From an uncultured Candidatus Binatia bacterium (lineage in GTDB: Bacteria > Desulfobacterota > Binatia > UBA9968 > JAJDTQ01): DNA of 64,000 nt. Each line of letters opens with the position of its first letter. Positions within the stretch are counted from its first letter, which is position 1. The notes under the pieces were generated by a model. That model ran no database searches and was not told the DNA's origin. It worked only from the letters and a program-made list of their open reading frames with translations. A program made the translations under genes and the position numbers. The DNA lies in the NCBI GenBank assembly GCA_965242525.1, contig OZ251459.1, positions 1,440,001-1,504,000 of the forward strand, written 5' to 3'. This document shows, piece by piece, positions 38,098-47,819 of this stretch.

Positions 38098-41000
38098 CTA
38101 CGACGAAGTCTTCAGGTCTTTCGAGACCTCGTCGGCAAGGAGTTGGTCCAGGGCGGCGCGGACCTGTTCCGGGGCGTCCTCATGGAGGGTGACGCGGACG
38201 TGGAAACGCAACTCGCTCCCTGCGCCGGCCTCCAGGAGTCGGGGGACCAGGTCCGCGAGCTCCTGTATCTGGTGGCCTTCGAGCACCGCGGCCGGCTCGG
38301 GCCGGGGCGGAGGCTTGGGCTGGGTGGGCCGCGTCAACCGCAGGTTCCCGGCGCCGTCGTAGCCGCAGTCCATGGGGCCGCTGTCCTCGGCCACCATGAA
38401 CCAGCGGCTCTCCACGCCGGCCCGGACGCTGTCGCGCACGAGACCCCAGGGAAGCGCCGCGCCCCGGGCCTGGGAAGCCGCCTGGGCGAGGGTGGCCCCG
38501 TTGGCCCTCCCGTCGCGCCATGCGCCGGGCAGGGCGTGTTCCCCGAGTTCCTGGGGCGGGATCATCCCGGGCGGCGGATGGAGCACCGCGCCCCGGTCGA
38601 GCACGCCGTAGGGCAATGTCTCCTTCCATACCGAGGCGGGTCCGTTGGTGAGCCACACCGTTCCCCGTTCCACGCCTCGCTGCACCGCCTCCCGGAGGAC
38701 CGTCTCCGGGCAACGCGGGACGGGGAAGGCGTCGTCGTATCCTTCCCGCGGGACCCGCGCCTCATGGCCGCCGCGGAAGTACTCCATCAGCGCCGGCCAC
38801 GTGAGCGCCGCCTCCGGACCCGCGTGCTTCGCCCCGTGCGCGTCGCCGCTTGCACCGGTCCAGAGCTCCGGCAGCGATCCCGGGGCCAACAGCCCTTCGG
38901 ACAGACGGTTCAACTCGGCCTTTTCCGGCAGCACCACCTCGAGCAACGGGTCCGCGCACGACTCCGGGTCCACCGCTTCGCGCCACCAGGTGCGGGCGCT
39001 GCCGTCGGGCCGGACGAGGCGCGCCGCCAGCAGGCCGCGTTCCACCCCGCGCAGCACCGTGTCCGCCACCACCTTGGGGTTCAGGACCTTGGGAAGACGG
39101 GGATACCGGGCGAAAGCCCCGGCCAGGTCCTTCACGAAGTGGGCCTCTTCGCCCTTGCGCCATAGGTCGTAGGGACCCTCCGGCAGCAACGCCTCTGCGT
39201 TCACCGCATCGCCCTTGATGCGCGCGCGTTCGTCGCTCCTGACCTCGGTGAACAGCGGTCTCGCGCCCGCGGGGAGCTGGAAGGCGTGGACTTGGTTGCG
39301 CTCGTCCACGGAGACCACCACGGAATATGCCTGCCGGACGGTGTCGGGCACTCGCCCGCGGGCCTCCTGGAGCCGGCGCCGCAGGCGCTCCGACCGGATC
39401 GGGTCCACATGGTGGCTGGAGAGCTGGCCCTGGACGTCCTCCCAGCCGAGCAGCGCGCGCACCGCGAAGCGCGCCGCTTCCAGCCCGTTGTGCGACGGGA
39501 CCGCCAGCACCACCGCGTTCCGGTGCACCCGCGGCCGGTCCGGTCCACCGGCCTCGTCCAGGAAGCGGCGCGCCCGCACGCTCGGCTTGCCGGAGTCGGA
39601 GACCGCGTCGGCCCCCAGCAGCACGTACCGGAAGCTGCCGTCGTCGCCCACGTCCCCGGGCGACTGCGGCAGCGTGTGCACGTTGGCCCCGGCCGCGCCG
39701 GCGCCCTCCGTCAGCGCTCTGGTCTTGCGTATGGCGTCCTCCAGCCGCGCGTCCACCGCCTCGGCGCTCACCCGCTGCTTGCAAGCCTCGTCGTGCATCT
39801 GGCGCAGGTTCGGCCGGTTGCCCAGCCGCCAGGACTTGGGCAGTTCCGGCGCCGCGGCCCGCCCTTCCGCCTCGCCCGCGTCGTCGTCGTCCAGGAACCA
39901 GGAGAGTTCCCGCCAGCGGCCCAACCCTTTCTCCATCTCAATGGCGTCCGGCGCGCGGGTCCCCGCCATCCGCATCAACTCCGGGGTATATGCCTTGTGC
40001 CCCACCGGCTGGGAATGGAGGAACACCGCAACCACGGACTGCTCGGCCTCCCGCCCTTCCCGAAGCGACGGAATCTCCTGCTGGATCTGCCGCGCCTTGG
40101 CCAACTCCGCCTCCAAGAGCGGGGTCCAGTCCGTCCGATTGCCCTCCGCGCCTTCGGTGGTGGCCACTCCCGCCAGCTCGCGCACCGCCTCCGACACCCT
40201 CGGCTCGCCGGGCGCGGCCAGCAGCGCCGAAGGGCCGATGAGGGGACAGTTGTCCCAGGGCTCGGCCTCCCGGAGCGCGGTGGCGAGGGTGCGCAGGAGG
40301 CCGCGGGTGCGCTGGAACCCTTCGAGCTGGGTCCAGCGGCTGTAGAAGACGTCGGTCAAGTCCGGGTGGAAGGGGAAGCTCTTGACGTAACGCTCTTCCG
40401 CGGCCGATTTCTCCCGGGCGGTGGCGTCGTCGAGCCTGGCAACCCCCCGCACCACGCCGATGACGTGGGAGCGGAAACGGTCCGGGTCCCGCACGTCCTC
40501 CGGCTCGAAGAAACGCCGGCGCAGCACCTCCGCCACGTCTTCCTTCTGCACCGGCTGCACCCCTTCCTCGCGCTGCCGCCGGAACACGTCGAACAGCCCG
40601 GCGATCAACTCCCGGCCCACGTCTCCCCGCTGCTTGGCCGGGTCGGTGGCCAACAGGGACGCCACCATCGCAGCCCGCTCCACCTTGGCCACCGCCTGGG
40701 TCAGGTACTGGAAGAAGTCCTCGATGCGGTCGCGCCACACCGGGTCCATGCCCGCCTTCTCCCGGGCGTACATCAACACTTCGTCCACCAGCACCAGGGT
40801 CGCCAACCCCTGCTCCTGCGGCTTCTCCAGGAGTTTCACCAGCAGCGGCTCCGCGGGCGGGGTCTCGCGCTCCTGGTCCCGGCCTTCGGCGTGGATGGCG
40901 CAGAGCCCCTCCGCCCCCGCGAGCTGGAAGGCGAGGACGCTCCAGGGGTGGCGCAAGGTGCGGGTCTCGCCGTCCGGCGCCCGCACCTCGTCCATGCCCC

Positions 41001-41430
41001 GCTCCACGTCGATCTTGTCGAAGCAGAGCGTCGCGGTGAACGCCCGCGGCAGCGGCGCGCCCACGTGCTCCCGGAACTCCTGCACCGCGGGCAGGTCGGG
41101 CAGCGCCTCCGGGTCCCGGAACAGGTGGTAGAGGGTGATGAGCGTATGGGTCTTGCCGCCGCCGTAGGTCAGCTCGAGCTGCCGCACCGCCTTGTCGCTC
41201 CGGCCCGCCAGCCGCCCGGCCACGTCCTTCACCAGTTCCCGCAGCGTGTGGGTCGGGTACGTCAGCGCAAAGAACTTCCCCGGCTCCTCGTACACCGCGC
41301 GCCGGCCCCGCCCCAGCGCCACTTCGTGGAGGTCCGCGGCGAACTCCGCAAGCGCAAGCTCGCCGGAACGCAACTCGTCCTTGAGGCGGACCACCGAGCG
41401 CCAGGGTTTGAGTTGGTTGTTGCGGGTCAT
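38098..41430 (-). CDS. DUF499 family AAA+ ATPase
   Basis: EFAADL, FFALTYPT, TYGGGKTH, LVDE, FPFHP, FQRTRG. Start trimmed to MTRNNQ (ATGA overlap). Confidence 0.9.
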   Translation of the reverse strand: MTRNNQLKPWRSVVRLKDELRSGELALAEFAADLHEVALGRGRRAVYEEPGKFFALTYPTHTLRELVKDVAGRLAGRSDKAVRQLELTYGGGKTHTLITLYHLFRDPEALPDLPAVQEFREHVGAPLPRAFTATLCFDKIDVERGMDEVRAPDGETRTLRHPWSVLAFQLAGAEGLCAIHAEGRDQERETPPAEPLLVKLLEKPQEQGLATLVLVDEVLMYAREKAGMDPVWRDRIEDFFQYLTQAVAKVERAAMVASLLATDPAKQRGDVGRELIAGLFDVFRRQREEGVQPVQKEDVAEVLRRRFFEPEDVRDPDRFRSHVIGVVRGVARLDDATAREKSAAEERYVKSFPFHPDLTDVFYSRWTQLEGFQRTRGLLRTLATALREAEPWDNCPLIGPSALLAAPGEPRVSEAVRELAGVATTEGAEGNRTDWTPLLEAELAKARQIQQEIPSLREGREAEQSVVAVFLHSQPVGHKAYTPELMRMAGTRAPDAIEMEKGLGRWRELSWFLDDDDAGEAEGRAAAPELPKSWRLGNRPNLRQMHDEACKQRVSAEAVDARLEDAIRKTRALTEGAGAAGANVHTLPQSPGDVGDDGSFRYVLLGADAVSDSGKPSVRARRFLDEAGGPDRPRVHRNAVVLAVPSHNGLEAARFAVRALLGWEDVQGQLSSHHVDPIRSERLRRRLQEARGRVPDTVRQAYSVVVSVDERNQVHAFQLPAGARPLFTEVRSDERARIKGDAVNAEALLPEGPYDLWRKGEEAHFVKDLAGAFARYPRLPKVLNPKVVADTVLRGVERGLLAARLVRPDGSARTWWREAVDPESCADPLLEVVLPEKAELNRLSEGLLAPGSLPELWTGASGDAHGAKHAGPEAALTWPALMEYFRGGHEARVPREGYDDAFPVPRCPETVLREAVQRGVERGTVWLTNGPASVWKETLPYGVLDRGAVLHPPPGMIPPQELGEHALPGAWRDGRANGATLAQAASQARGAALPWGLVRDSVRAGVESRWFMVAEDSGPMDCGYDGAGNLRLTRPTQPKPPPRPEPAAVLEGHQIQELADLVPRLLEAGAGSELRFHVRVTLHEDAPEQVRAALDQLLADEVSKDLKTSS

Positions 41431-42068
41431 ACAGCCGCCTCCCTCGGAAACCAGGCCTGGAGGGTCTTCCTGAGATCGTTGAAAGCGGGGTCCCGGCAGC
41501 CGTCGAGTCGGACGGAGGCGGCCAATTCCCGGAACAGGGCCGATGAAAGCACCTTTCCCTTGCGGCGGAGCGCCTGCTCCACGGCCCGTTTCGGGTCGGA
41601 AGGCTTGGGTTGCGGCGCGGGCCAGAAGCCTTCCGCCTGAAGCCATTCCCGTAACGGCTCGAAACTGCGGCCCCATCCCAGCACATGGGCGACTCGCCCG
41701 GACCGGCTCCAGACCCAGGACTCCAGTTCCGGATCGATGACGATGGCTCTGGAACGCTCCCTCCAACCGTTGCGTCCCAATTCGTCTTCGACTTCCTTCC
41801 GGACCTCCGCGGGCGCCTTTTCTTCGTTGCCGCACCCCCGGTGATCGAAGACCACCAGCGCGTGTTGATAGCTGTTGATCAACGGACGCAGGAATTCCGC
41901 GGACCGGGTTCGACACCCCGGGTCCGATTCCGGGTGTCGGCGGACGTCGAACGACATGGCGTGGATTCCCAGGTCCGAGGGGCGGCTGAGCAACGTCTCC
42001 AACACGGACGCGATGTGTTTGTCCGCCGCCAGAACGATGAGGTGACGCGGCGCTGTACCGGACATCAT
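41427..42068 (-). CDS. MAD4-like / DUF4276-like TOPRIM-related protein
   Basis: LIVLAADK..HPESDPGC, VVFD, IDPELESW, PSDPK. Translationally coupled to the ATPase. Family recalled, not searched. Confidence 0.6.
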   Translation of the reverse strand: MMSGTAPRHLIVLAADKHIASVLETLLSRPSDLGIHAMSFDVRRHPESDPGCRTRSAEFLRPLINSYQHALVVFDHRGCGNEEKAPAEVRKEVEDELGRNGWRERSRAIVIDPELESWVWSRSGRVAHVLGWGRSFEPLREWLQAEGFWPAPQPKPSDPKRAVEQALRRKGKVLSSALFRELAASVRLDGCRDPAFNDLRKTLQAWFPREAAV

Positions 42069-43333
42069 CCGAGCACTCCTGCCGCAAAGAAGACGCTCAG
42101 GTTCGGGGAACCCTGCCAGTCCTTCAGGCCGGGATGCGACCGAGCCGGAACCACGTCCGTCGCTCCGTCAGCGTCCTTTCCGAAGCACAGGACGTGCTCC
42201 AGGTCCACGCGGCTCAGGAAGACCGGGGAGTGGGTCGCCAGAAGCACCTGGGATTCGTACACGGAGCACAAGGCGTCGTAAACGTCCTCCATGACCCCCG
42301 GATGCAGTCCGTTTTCCGGCTCTTCCATGAGATAGACTTTCCCGGGGTCCCGGAGATAGGCCGGCAAGGTCAACGCCAGCAGCCGCAGCGTTCCGTCCGA
42401 GAGCATCCACGAAGGGACCTCCACCCCCGACTCGTAGCGGAGCATCAGGTAGCAGTGGCGGTCGTCTTCGCGTTCCACCACTCGGATGTCCCCGATTTCG
42501 GGCAGCGCGGCGCGGACGTGGCGCAACCAGTCGTCGAACGCGGCGCCGTGTTCTTTTCGGAGTCGTCGGATCACCCGTGGAAGGTTGGAGCCGTCCGGAG
42601 AAAAGACCTCCCGCCGCCTCTCCGGAGGGTTGGACTGGCGCATTCGGGAGCTGTCCAGGAAGAGTCTCTGCATCCCCGTATCCAGTAGCCGTTTCAGGTA
42701 AGTGGAGACCGGGAAATTATCGGGGGACTCGGGCAGGTTGCCCAGGGTCGATCTTCCGGGGCCGAACGAGACATTGATCGTCCATCCTTTCCCCGCTCGT
42801 TCGGATACCTCGCTGTGGAAGCTGTCCCCTCCTCCGCGGGATTTGCTCAGTATCGTTCTCGAACCCGGGGGTCCGCCGCCGATCAAGATGGTTTCCGGCG
42901 CCGCGGGAGGACCCGGGAAAAGTACGCCTTGCCGCATGGGAGACTGCTTCTTGCGAGGCATCAGGAGGCCCCTTTCGGAGTCGATGCGTATTCCGTCCTT
43001 CCCCTCCCGGATCGCTATCTCGTAACGGAACGACTCGAACGGCTTGTCCCGAGCCAGTTTCTCCTTCACCTCCACGGGGATGTCGAACTCCAGCGCCAAC
43101 TCGAAGCCGAGGCCTTGCCCGGGTCGGTCCCATACCAGGTCCTGGAAATTCCGCGTGCGCTTTTCCACCGCTGCTTCCAGACCCGCGGACACCACGTCCC
43201 CCATGAACTGCACGACGTCCAGCAGCGTGCTCTTGCCGCTGGCGTTGGGGCCTACCAACACGTGGAAGCGGTCGAGGCGCACGTCCACGTAGCGAAGACA
43301 ACGGTAATGGAGCGCCTGGATGCGGCGGATCAT
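42065..43333 (-). CDS. AAA_21/ABC-type ATPase (MAD3-like)
   Basis: GPNASGKST, LSDGTLR signature, EEPENGLHP, LATHSP. Confidence 0.85.
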   Translation of the reverse strand: MIRRIQALHYRCLRYVDVRLDRFHVLVGPNASGKSTLLDVVQFMGDVVSAGLEAAVEKRTRNFQDLVWDRPGQGLGFELALEFDIPVEVKEKLARDKPFESFRYEIAIREGKDGIRIDSERGLLMPRKKQSPMRQGVLFPGPPAAPETILIGGGPPGSRTILSKSRGGGDSFHSEVSERAGKGWTINVSFGPGRSTLGNLPESPDNFPVSTYLKRLLDTGMQRLFLDSSRMRQSNPPERRREVFSPDGSNLPRVIRRLRKEHGAAFDDWLRHVRAALPEIGDIRVVEREDDRHCYLMLRYESGVEVPSWMLSDGTLRLLALTLPAYLRDPGKVYLMEEPENGLHPGVMEDVYDALCSVYESQVLLATHSPVFLSRVDLEHVLCFGKDADGATDVVPARSHPGLKDWQGSPNLSVFFAAGVLG

Positions 43334-43342
43334 GGGACGAAC

Positions 43343-46300
43343 TTACAACAAAGCACTCTGGCGCGGAACCTGCGCGCCGCCGCGGGTGCGGACGTGGTTC
43401 TGGATGGACTCCAGGAGCGAGCGCTCTTCCGTGCCGGTCTCGGCCAGTTCGATGAGGGCCTGCACCACCCGGGCGAACAGGTCGTGGCGCCACAGGCCCT
43501 GGGACTCCAGGTAGCCGTCCACGCGGCTCTGCTCGCCGGTCTTCCAGAGCTGCATCAGCTTGTGCACACGGTCGATGAGCGGAGCCGGGCCGCCCCCCGC
43601 GGACGGTTCGCCCAGGTCCCGGGCGCCCCGGCGGCGCCACTCTTTGAGCCGGGCCTCGCTCCCGGAGACCTCCCGCCCCTCCTCCCCTTCCCCGTCTTCC
43701 GCGGACCCATCGCGCCCGCCGCGCGCCAGCAGGTCCAGCCGCCCGGTCAAGTCCGCATCCGACAGGTTGCACGACAGGGCGTAGAGGATGCACGCCCCGG
43801 CCGGGGCCGCGCCGAGGCCGAAGTCGTTGCGGTGCAGCAGGTAGTAGGTGGTGAGGTCGTCCAGGTCGTCGTTCGCGCCGCCCTCGCCTTGCAGCAGCCG
43901 GCTCACCACGAACCCCACCACCATGCGCCGCACCTGTCGCAGGAACTCGGCCACCGACAACCGCTCCCCCTCCCGGTCCGCCTTCCGCACCACCGGATGC
44001 CGGCTGAACGCCTCCAGCGCCGGCCCGGTGGCCGCCCACACGAAGTCCGGCCCCCGTATCCCCGCGTCCCAGAAGTCCCGCAGCCGCTCGACGATGTTCT
44101 CCTGCATCTCCGACAGCACCCTGCCGTCCCAACCCGGACGCGCCGCGGCCGGACGCTTCTTGCACACGAGCCAGATGGAGGAAGAAAGCGCCGCGGAAGA
44201 CAGCGAACGCTGGCGGGTCTGCATCTCGGTCTGGATGGGCCAGGAGCCGTCCACCACGAAGCCCGCCCGGATGAGCGCCGACACCAGGGTCTCCCAGGCG
44301 TCCGGCTGCTTGTTGGCGAAGACCAGCACCAGCCGCCCGTCCTCCCGCAAGGCGTGGTGGAAGCGCGCGAAGGCCCGGGCCATCCCGTCCTCGTAGTTCC
44401 GCTTGGACGCCTGCCGGTCGCCGCCGAAGCGGCTGGCGTCGTCGATCAACTCGCCGTCGCCCGCGTCCGCGTCCCATTTCGGGCCGAGCGGCTCGGCGAA
44501 CGCGGCGTCGGTTTCCGGCGACAGCCCGTGCAACGCCCGGCGCAGCCAGACATGGAAGAAGTCCATCAGGTCGGAATACGGGATCGCGTCGTAATAGGGC
44601 GGGTCGGTGCAGATCAGGTCGAAGCCGCCGGGCTCCAACTCCATGAACCCCTGAACGATCCGGACAGGGGGCATGAGCGCGTCCTTCGACTTCGCTTCGC
44701 TACACTCAGGACGAACGGGGGACTCCGCTTCGCTACGCTCAGGACGAACGGAGACAGGGGCGTCAGGATGAGGGAATCGGGAATCCATCCCGGAGGTCTC
44801 GATTGTCATCTGCCGGCGGAGCGCCGGGTCCTTGTCGCCCTCGCGGAATCGGGAATCCGTCCCGGATGTCTCGATTGCCATGGCCGATTGCCGCAGCACG
44901 GTCGGTGCGGGCGCCTCCGCCGTAGCAGTCTGGAGGTGCTCGACTACGCGAGCGATCCACTCCACGGCCTGGATGAAGCCGCCGCTGGTGTCCTCCAGCG
45001 GACACGACTCGGCGAAGTCCCACACCATGGGCAAGGCGAAACGGGCGAAGGTGCTGCGAGTGTTCTCACGATCGTTGGTCCACGTAGCGAGCGCGCTGCC
45101 GCGGTCGGCCAGTCGGCTGATGGTCGGCGCCAAGTACGCAACCAGCGCCTCGCGCCATTCCTCCGGGTAGCCACCGACAGGCTCCGCGCCGGGAAACCCT
45201 GAACCATCAGCCGTGGATGGAGATATTCCCTCACCTGACCCTCCCATCCCCGTTCGTCCTGAGCGTAGCGAAGCGAAGTCGAAGGACGCGCCCATCAGTT
45301 CCGCGTTGCGGCGGATCTCCCGGACGAACGTTCCCAACGCAAGGAGTTGCCGGTTGGTGAAGAGCTTGCGCCAGGAGTCGAGACCGTAGCGCGGTATTCG
45401 CATGCCCAAGCTCTGCTCGCCGGGCGTAGGTTCGTCAGGCAGACCAAAGGGAATCTCCCTGTAGAGCGCATCGAGTTCCTGCTCCGTTACGCGCGCTGCT
45501 TCGACCTCAGCCTCGGTGGGCAATCGGTATTCCTTCCCCTCCTGCCCGTCCACCACCACCGCGGTCATGCGCTCTCCGAGGCGGCCCATGCGACCCTCGG
45601 TGCGGATGTCCCGCATGGGGACGATGGCCCCGCAGCACGGACACTTGGCGCCGCTCCCGCTCATGGTGCCGGCCCCGAGACCCCGGTCGTGCTCGCGCTT
45701 CTGCGCAGAGCTGCCGCTGCCCGCCGCGGCGTTGCCCTCAATGCCGAACACGACGCCGGCCCCGTCCTCCCGCGGCTCCATGGTGAGCCGCACCCGCTTC
45801 TTCGCGGTCTTGCACAGCCATCGCGTCTTCAGCAGAGGCACCTCCGCCCGACAGCCGCCGCACCGCACCGTGCGCGCCCAGAGATACGCCACCGCAGGCT
45901 TCGCCACCCACCGCGGGTTGGCCTCGTTTTCGAGATAGAGCGAGTCGAACTCCGCGTTGAGCGAAGCCGCGGACGCCCGCCCGTCTTCGTCCGGTTCCAG
46001 CAGCCTCGGCTGCCGGGGCCGGTAGCGCGCCGCCCGCGACAACCGGGTCCGCCCGCCCCCCTTGCGCCGGACCGGCTCGAACTCCGCATACGTGGGATAA
46101 CGCCGCGCCAACTCCCGCCGCGCCCCGGACAGCACCCGCCTTCCCCACGCCCGCAGATGCCACGCGAAACCCGCGCGCGCCTCCGGCGCCGCCGCGTCCA
46201 GCCAGGGCGCCGGCGCCTGCACCCCCTCCCCGTCCTCGTGCCCGTACCGCGCCATGGCCTCGCGCACCATGGCCGCGGTCGTCACCCCCTGCGCCTTGAG

Positions 46301-46858
46301 GAACGCCGCCGCGAACTCCCGGTCCTCCAACGCCCACTCGGGCAACTCCCGTGTCTTCCCCGCCAGCAGCCGCGGATAATGCAGCGTGCAGCGCAGGAGG
46401 AACCACGCCACCGGGTTGATGTCCGCAGCCACGGCCTCGCACCCGAGCCGCATGGCCTCCAGCGGAATCGCCCCGCCTCCGGCAAACGGGTCCAGCACCC
46501 GCGGCGCCCGCCCGCCGAACGCCTCCCGGACCTCCTCCCGGAACCGCGCCACCTCCGGGCCTCCCTCCCGCCCCCACCGAAAGATCCCGCCCCGGGTCTC
46601 CGCCCGCTCCCCCGTAGCGCCCCGCGTCTCCACCACCTGCCCGGCCATCCGCTCCAACACCTTGCGGCGGGCCTCCCGTCCGTCCGGCGCCGGCAACAAC
46701 GTCGCCAGCAACGCCGCCCGACTCGCCGCCAACGGCCGCCGCGCCGGCCAGATGTGCAGCGTGGAAACGTGCCCGTGCCGCACGTTCTTCTCGTGCACGG
46801 AGTCCAGGGACACCTGCCTGAGAGGGAAGGCGGATTCGATGAGACGGCGGTGCGTCAA
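43343..46858 (-). CDS. DUF1156 DNA adenine methyltransferase with two in-frame repeat insertions
   Basis: TLHIWPARRPL, motif I DPFAGGG, CxxC..CxxC, motif IV TDPPYYD, YSDLMDFF. Confidence 0.9.
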   Translation of the reverse strand: MTHRRLIESAFPLRQVSLDSVHEKNVRHGHVSTLHIWPARRPLAASRAALLATLLPAPDGREARRKVLERMAGQVVETRGATGERAETRGGIFRWGREGGPEVARFREEVREAFGGRAPRVLDPFAGGGAIPLEAMRLGCEAVAADINPVAWFLLRCTLHYPRLLAGKTRELPEWALEDREFAAAFLKAQGVTTAAMVREAMARYGHEDGEGVQAPAPWLDAAAPEARAGFAWHLRAWGRRVLSGARRELARRYPTYAEFEPVRRKGGGRTRLSRAARYRPRQPRLLEPDEDGRASAASLNAEFDSLYLENEANPRWVAKPAVAYLWARTVRCGGCRAEVPLLKTRWLCKTAKKRVRLTMEPREDGAGVVFGIEGNAAAGSGSSAQKREHDRGLGAGTMSGSGAKCPCCGAIVPMRDIRTEGRMGRLGERMTAVVVDGQEGKEYRLPTEAEVEAARVTEQELDALYREIPFGLPDEPTPGEQSLGMRIPRYGLDSWRKLFTNRQLLALGTFVREIRRNAELMGASFDFASLRSGRTGMGGSGEGISPSTADGSGFPGAEPVGGYPEEWREALVAYLAPTISRLADRGSALATWTNDRENTRSTFARFALPMVWDFAESCPLEDTSGGFIQAVEWIARVVEHLQTATAEAPAPTVLRQSAMAIETSGTDSRFREGDKDPALRRQMTIETSGMDSRFPHPDAPVSVRPERSEAESPVRPECSEAKSKDALMPPVRIVQGFMELEPGGFDLICTDPPYYDAIPYSDLMDFFHVWLRRALHGLSPETDAAFAEPLGPKWDADAGDGELIDDASRFGGDRQASKRNYEDGMARAFARFHHALREDGRLVLVFANKQPDAWETLVSALIRAGFVVDGSWPIQTEMQTRQRSLSSAALSSSIWLVCKKRPAAARPGWDGRVLSEMQENIVERLRDFWDAGIRGPDFVWAATGPALEAFSRHPVVRKADREGERLSVAEFLRQVRRMVVGFVVSRLLQGEGGANDDLDDLTTYYLLHRNDFGLGAAPAGACILYALSCNLSDADLTGRLDLLARGGRDGSAEDGEGEEGREVSGSEARLKEWRRRGARDLGEPSAGGGPAPLIDRVHKLMQLWKTGEQSRVDGYLESQGLWRHDLFARVVQALIELAETGTEERSLLESIQNHVRTRGGAQVPRQSALL
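44645..44877 (+). repeat. Miniature element copy 10 (type A, internally duplicated), inside the methyltransferase CDS
   Basis: GAACCCCTGAACGATC..core 44677-44718, half-core repeat 44721-44751, GGAATCGGGAATCC..TCTCGATTG twice. Confidence 0.85.
45192..45302 (-). repeat. Miniature element copy 11 (111 bp = 37 codons), inside the methyltransferase CDS
   Basis: GGAAACCCTGAACC..reverse core 45250-45291..TTCC. Confidence 0.82.
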
Positions 46859-46947
46859 TTTCCTGCTCGGATGAGATCAAAAAAGAAAGGAATGCGACCT
46901 GATTTCGAGTGTCCACACCTTTCAATGCAACATGATCTAGTCACTGT

Positions 46948-47249
46948 CAATAGTGTCCGGTTAAGGATGGAATAAAATCAGAAACTGCTCGGCGCAACTC
47001 AGTGTGCGGACGCGGTGGTCGCCACGGTAACGCGAGACCAGTCGGGCAAAGGTGGTCCAGGGCAGAAAGTCCATCAGTTGAGCGAACAGCGTCTTGCCAT
47101 GATACATGGGATCCTCCAGGGCTTGGACTCCCCAAAGCATGCCCGAAACGGCAATCCGCGTTCAAATCCACACCACCCTTTTCCGCCTGTAACTCCCTGT
47201 CATATATGAAGATTTTCGACCCTACGCGCTCGTTAACCGGACAGCAGTG
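46948..47249 (-). mobile_element. IS4-family internal-deletion derivative (302 bp) with 9-bp TSD
   Basis: 17-bp TIRs CAATAGTGTCCGGTTAA / TTAACCGGACAGCAGTG (14/17). TSD AGTCACTGT at 46939-46947 and 47250-47258. Confidence 0.85.
46961..47107 (-). pseudogene. IS4 (DUF4372-type) transposase N-terminal fragment
   Basis: MYHGKTLFAQLMDFLPWTTFARLVSRYRGDHRVRTLSCAEQF, then a stop in the TIR. Confidence 0.8.
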
Positions 47250-47819
47250 AGTCACTGTCTTCTTTTATTCGCCGCGGCTTCCGCCAAGAAGAGAATAGCA
47301 GCCGCCGTCATATGCAACACATAACCAACGATATACCCTGGAACGGTCCGTGGAGCCGAGCCCTGTCCGTGGCCGCCAAGCTTGTTTCTTCCGGTAGGTA
47401 CGCTGCTCTCAAGGAGGCTTTTCAGTGATTGAAAATTCTGCTGCCAGAAAGACGGAATTAGCCCGTTGTCGAGACAAATACCGATCAGCTTGCTTGCGCC
47501 GGCTCCATCATCGTAAAGCCAGCCCTTTTTGTCGCAGATCGACTTCATCACGCTCTCGAATGCCTTCAAACATTCATTAAGAGCCTCTTCTGCATTTCCC
47601 TGCCGGTAATGCTTATGGGCACGAAGGAACTCCTGTTGTGCTCCGGCATATTTTTTTCGACAAAGCAGAGTTAGTGCAGGTTTGACGACTTCTGCATGGA
47701 TTAACTGGGAGTCCATACGGATGATTTCACCGTTGACAAAAGAGTAACCGATGCCGTGTTCCCTGAATCTGTGGTTGAGTTCTTCTATCGCTTGATCTGT
47801 GACATCTGATAACTTATTA

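Noticed and set aside
41431-42087. N-terminal extensions given in the ORF track (DUF499 here; also DUF262, pcaH, tctB, mrpB/C/F, MBL, TPP)
   Set aside because: They overlap neighbouring genes; starts were reset using motifs, SD sequences and ATGA coupling.
46947-47255. 102-aa ORF as a defence gene
   Set aside because: It coincides with the IS4 derivative; the meaningful frame is the transposase fragment at 46961-47107.
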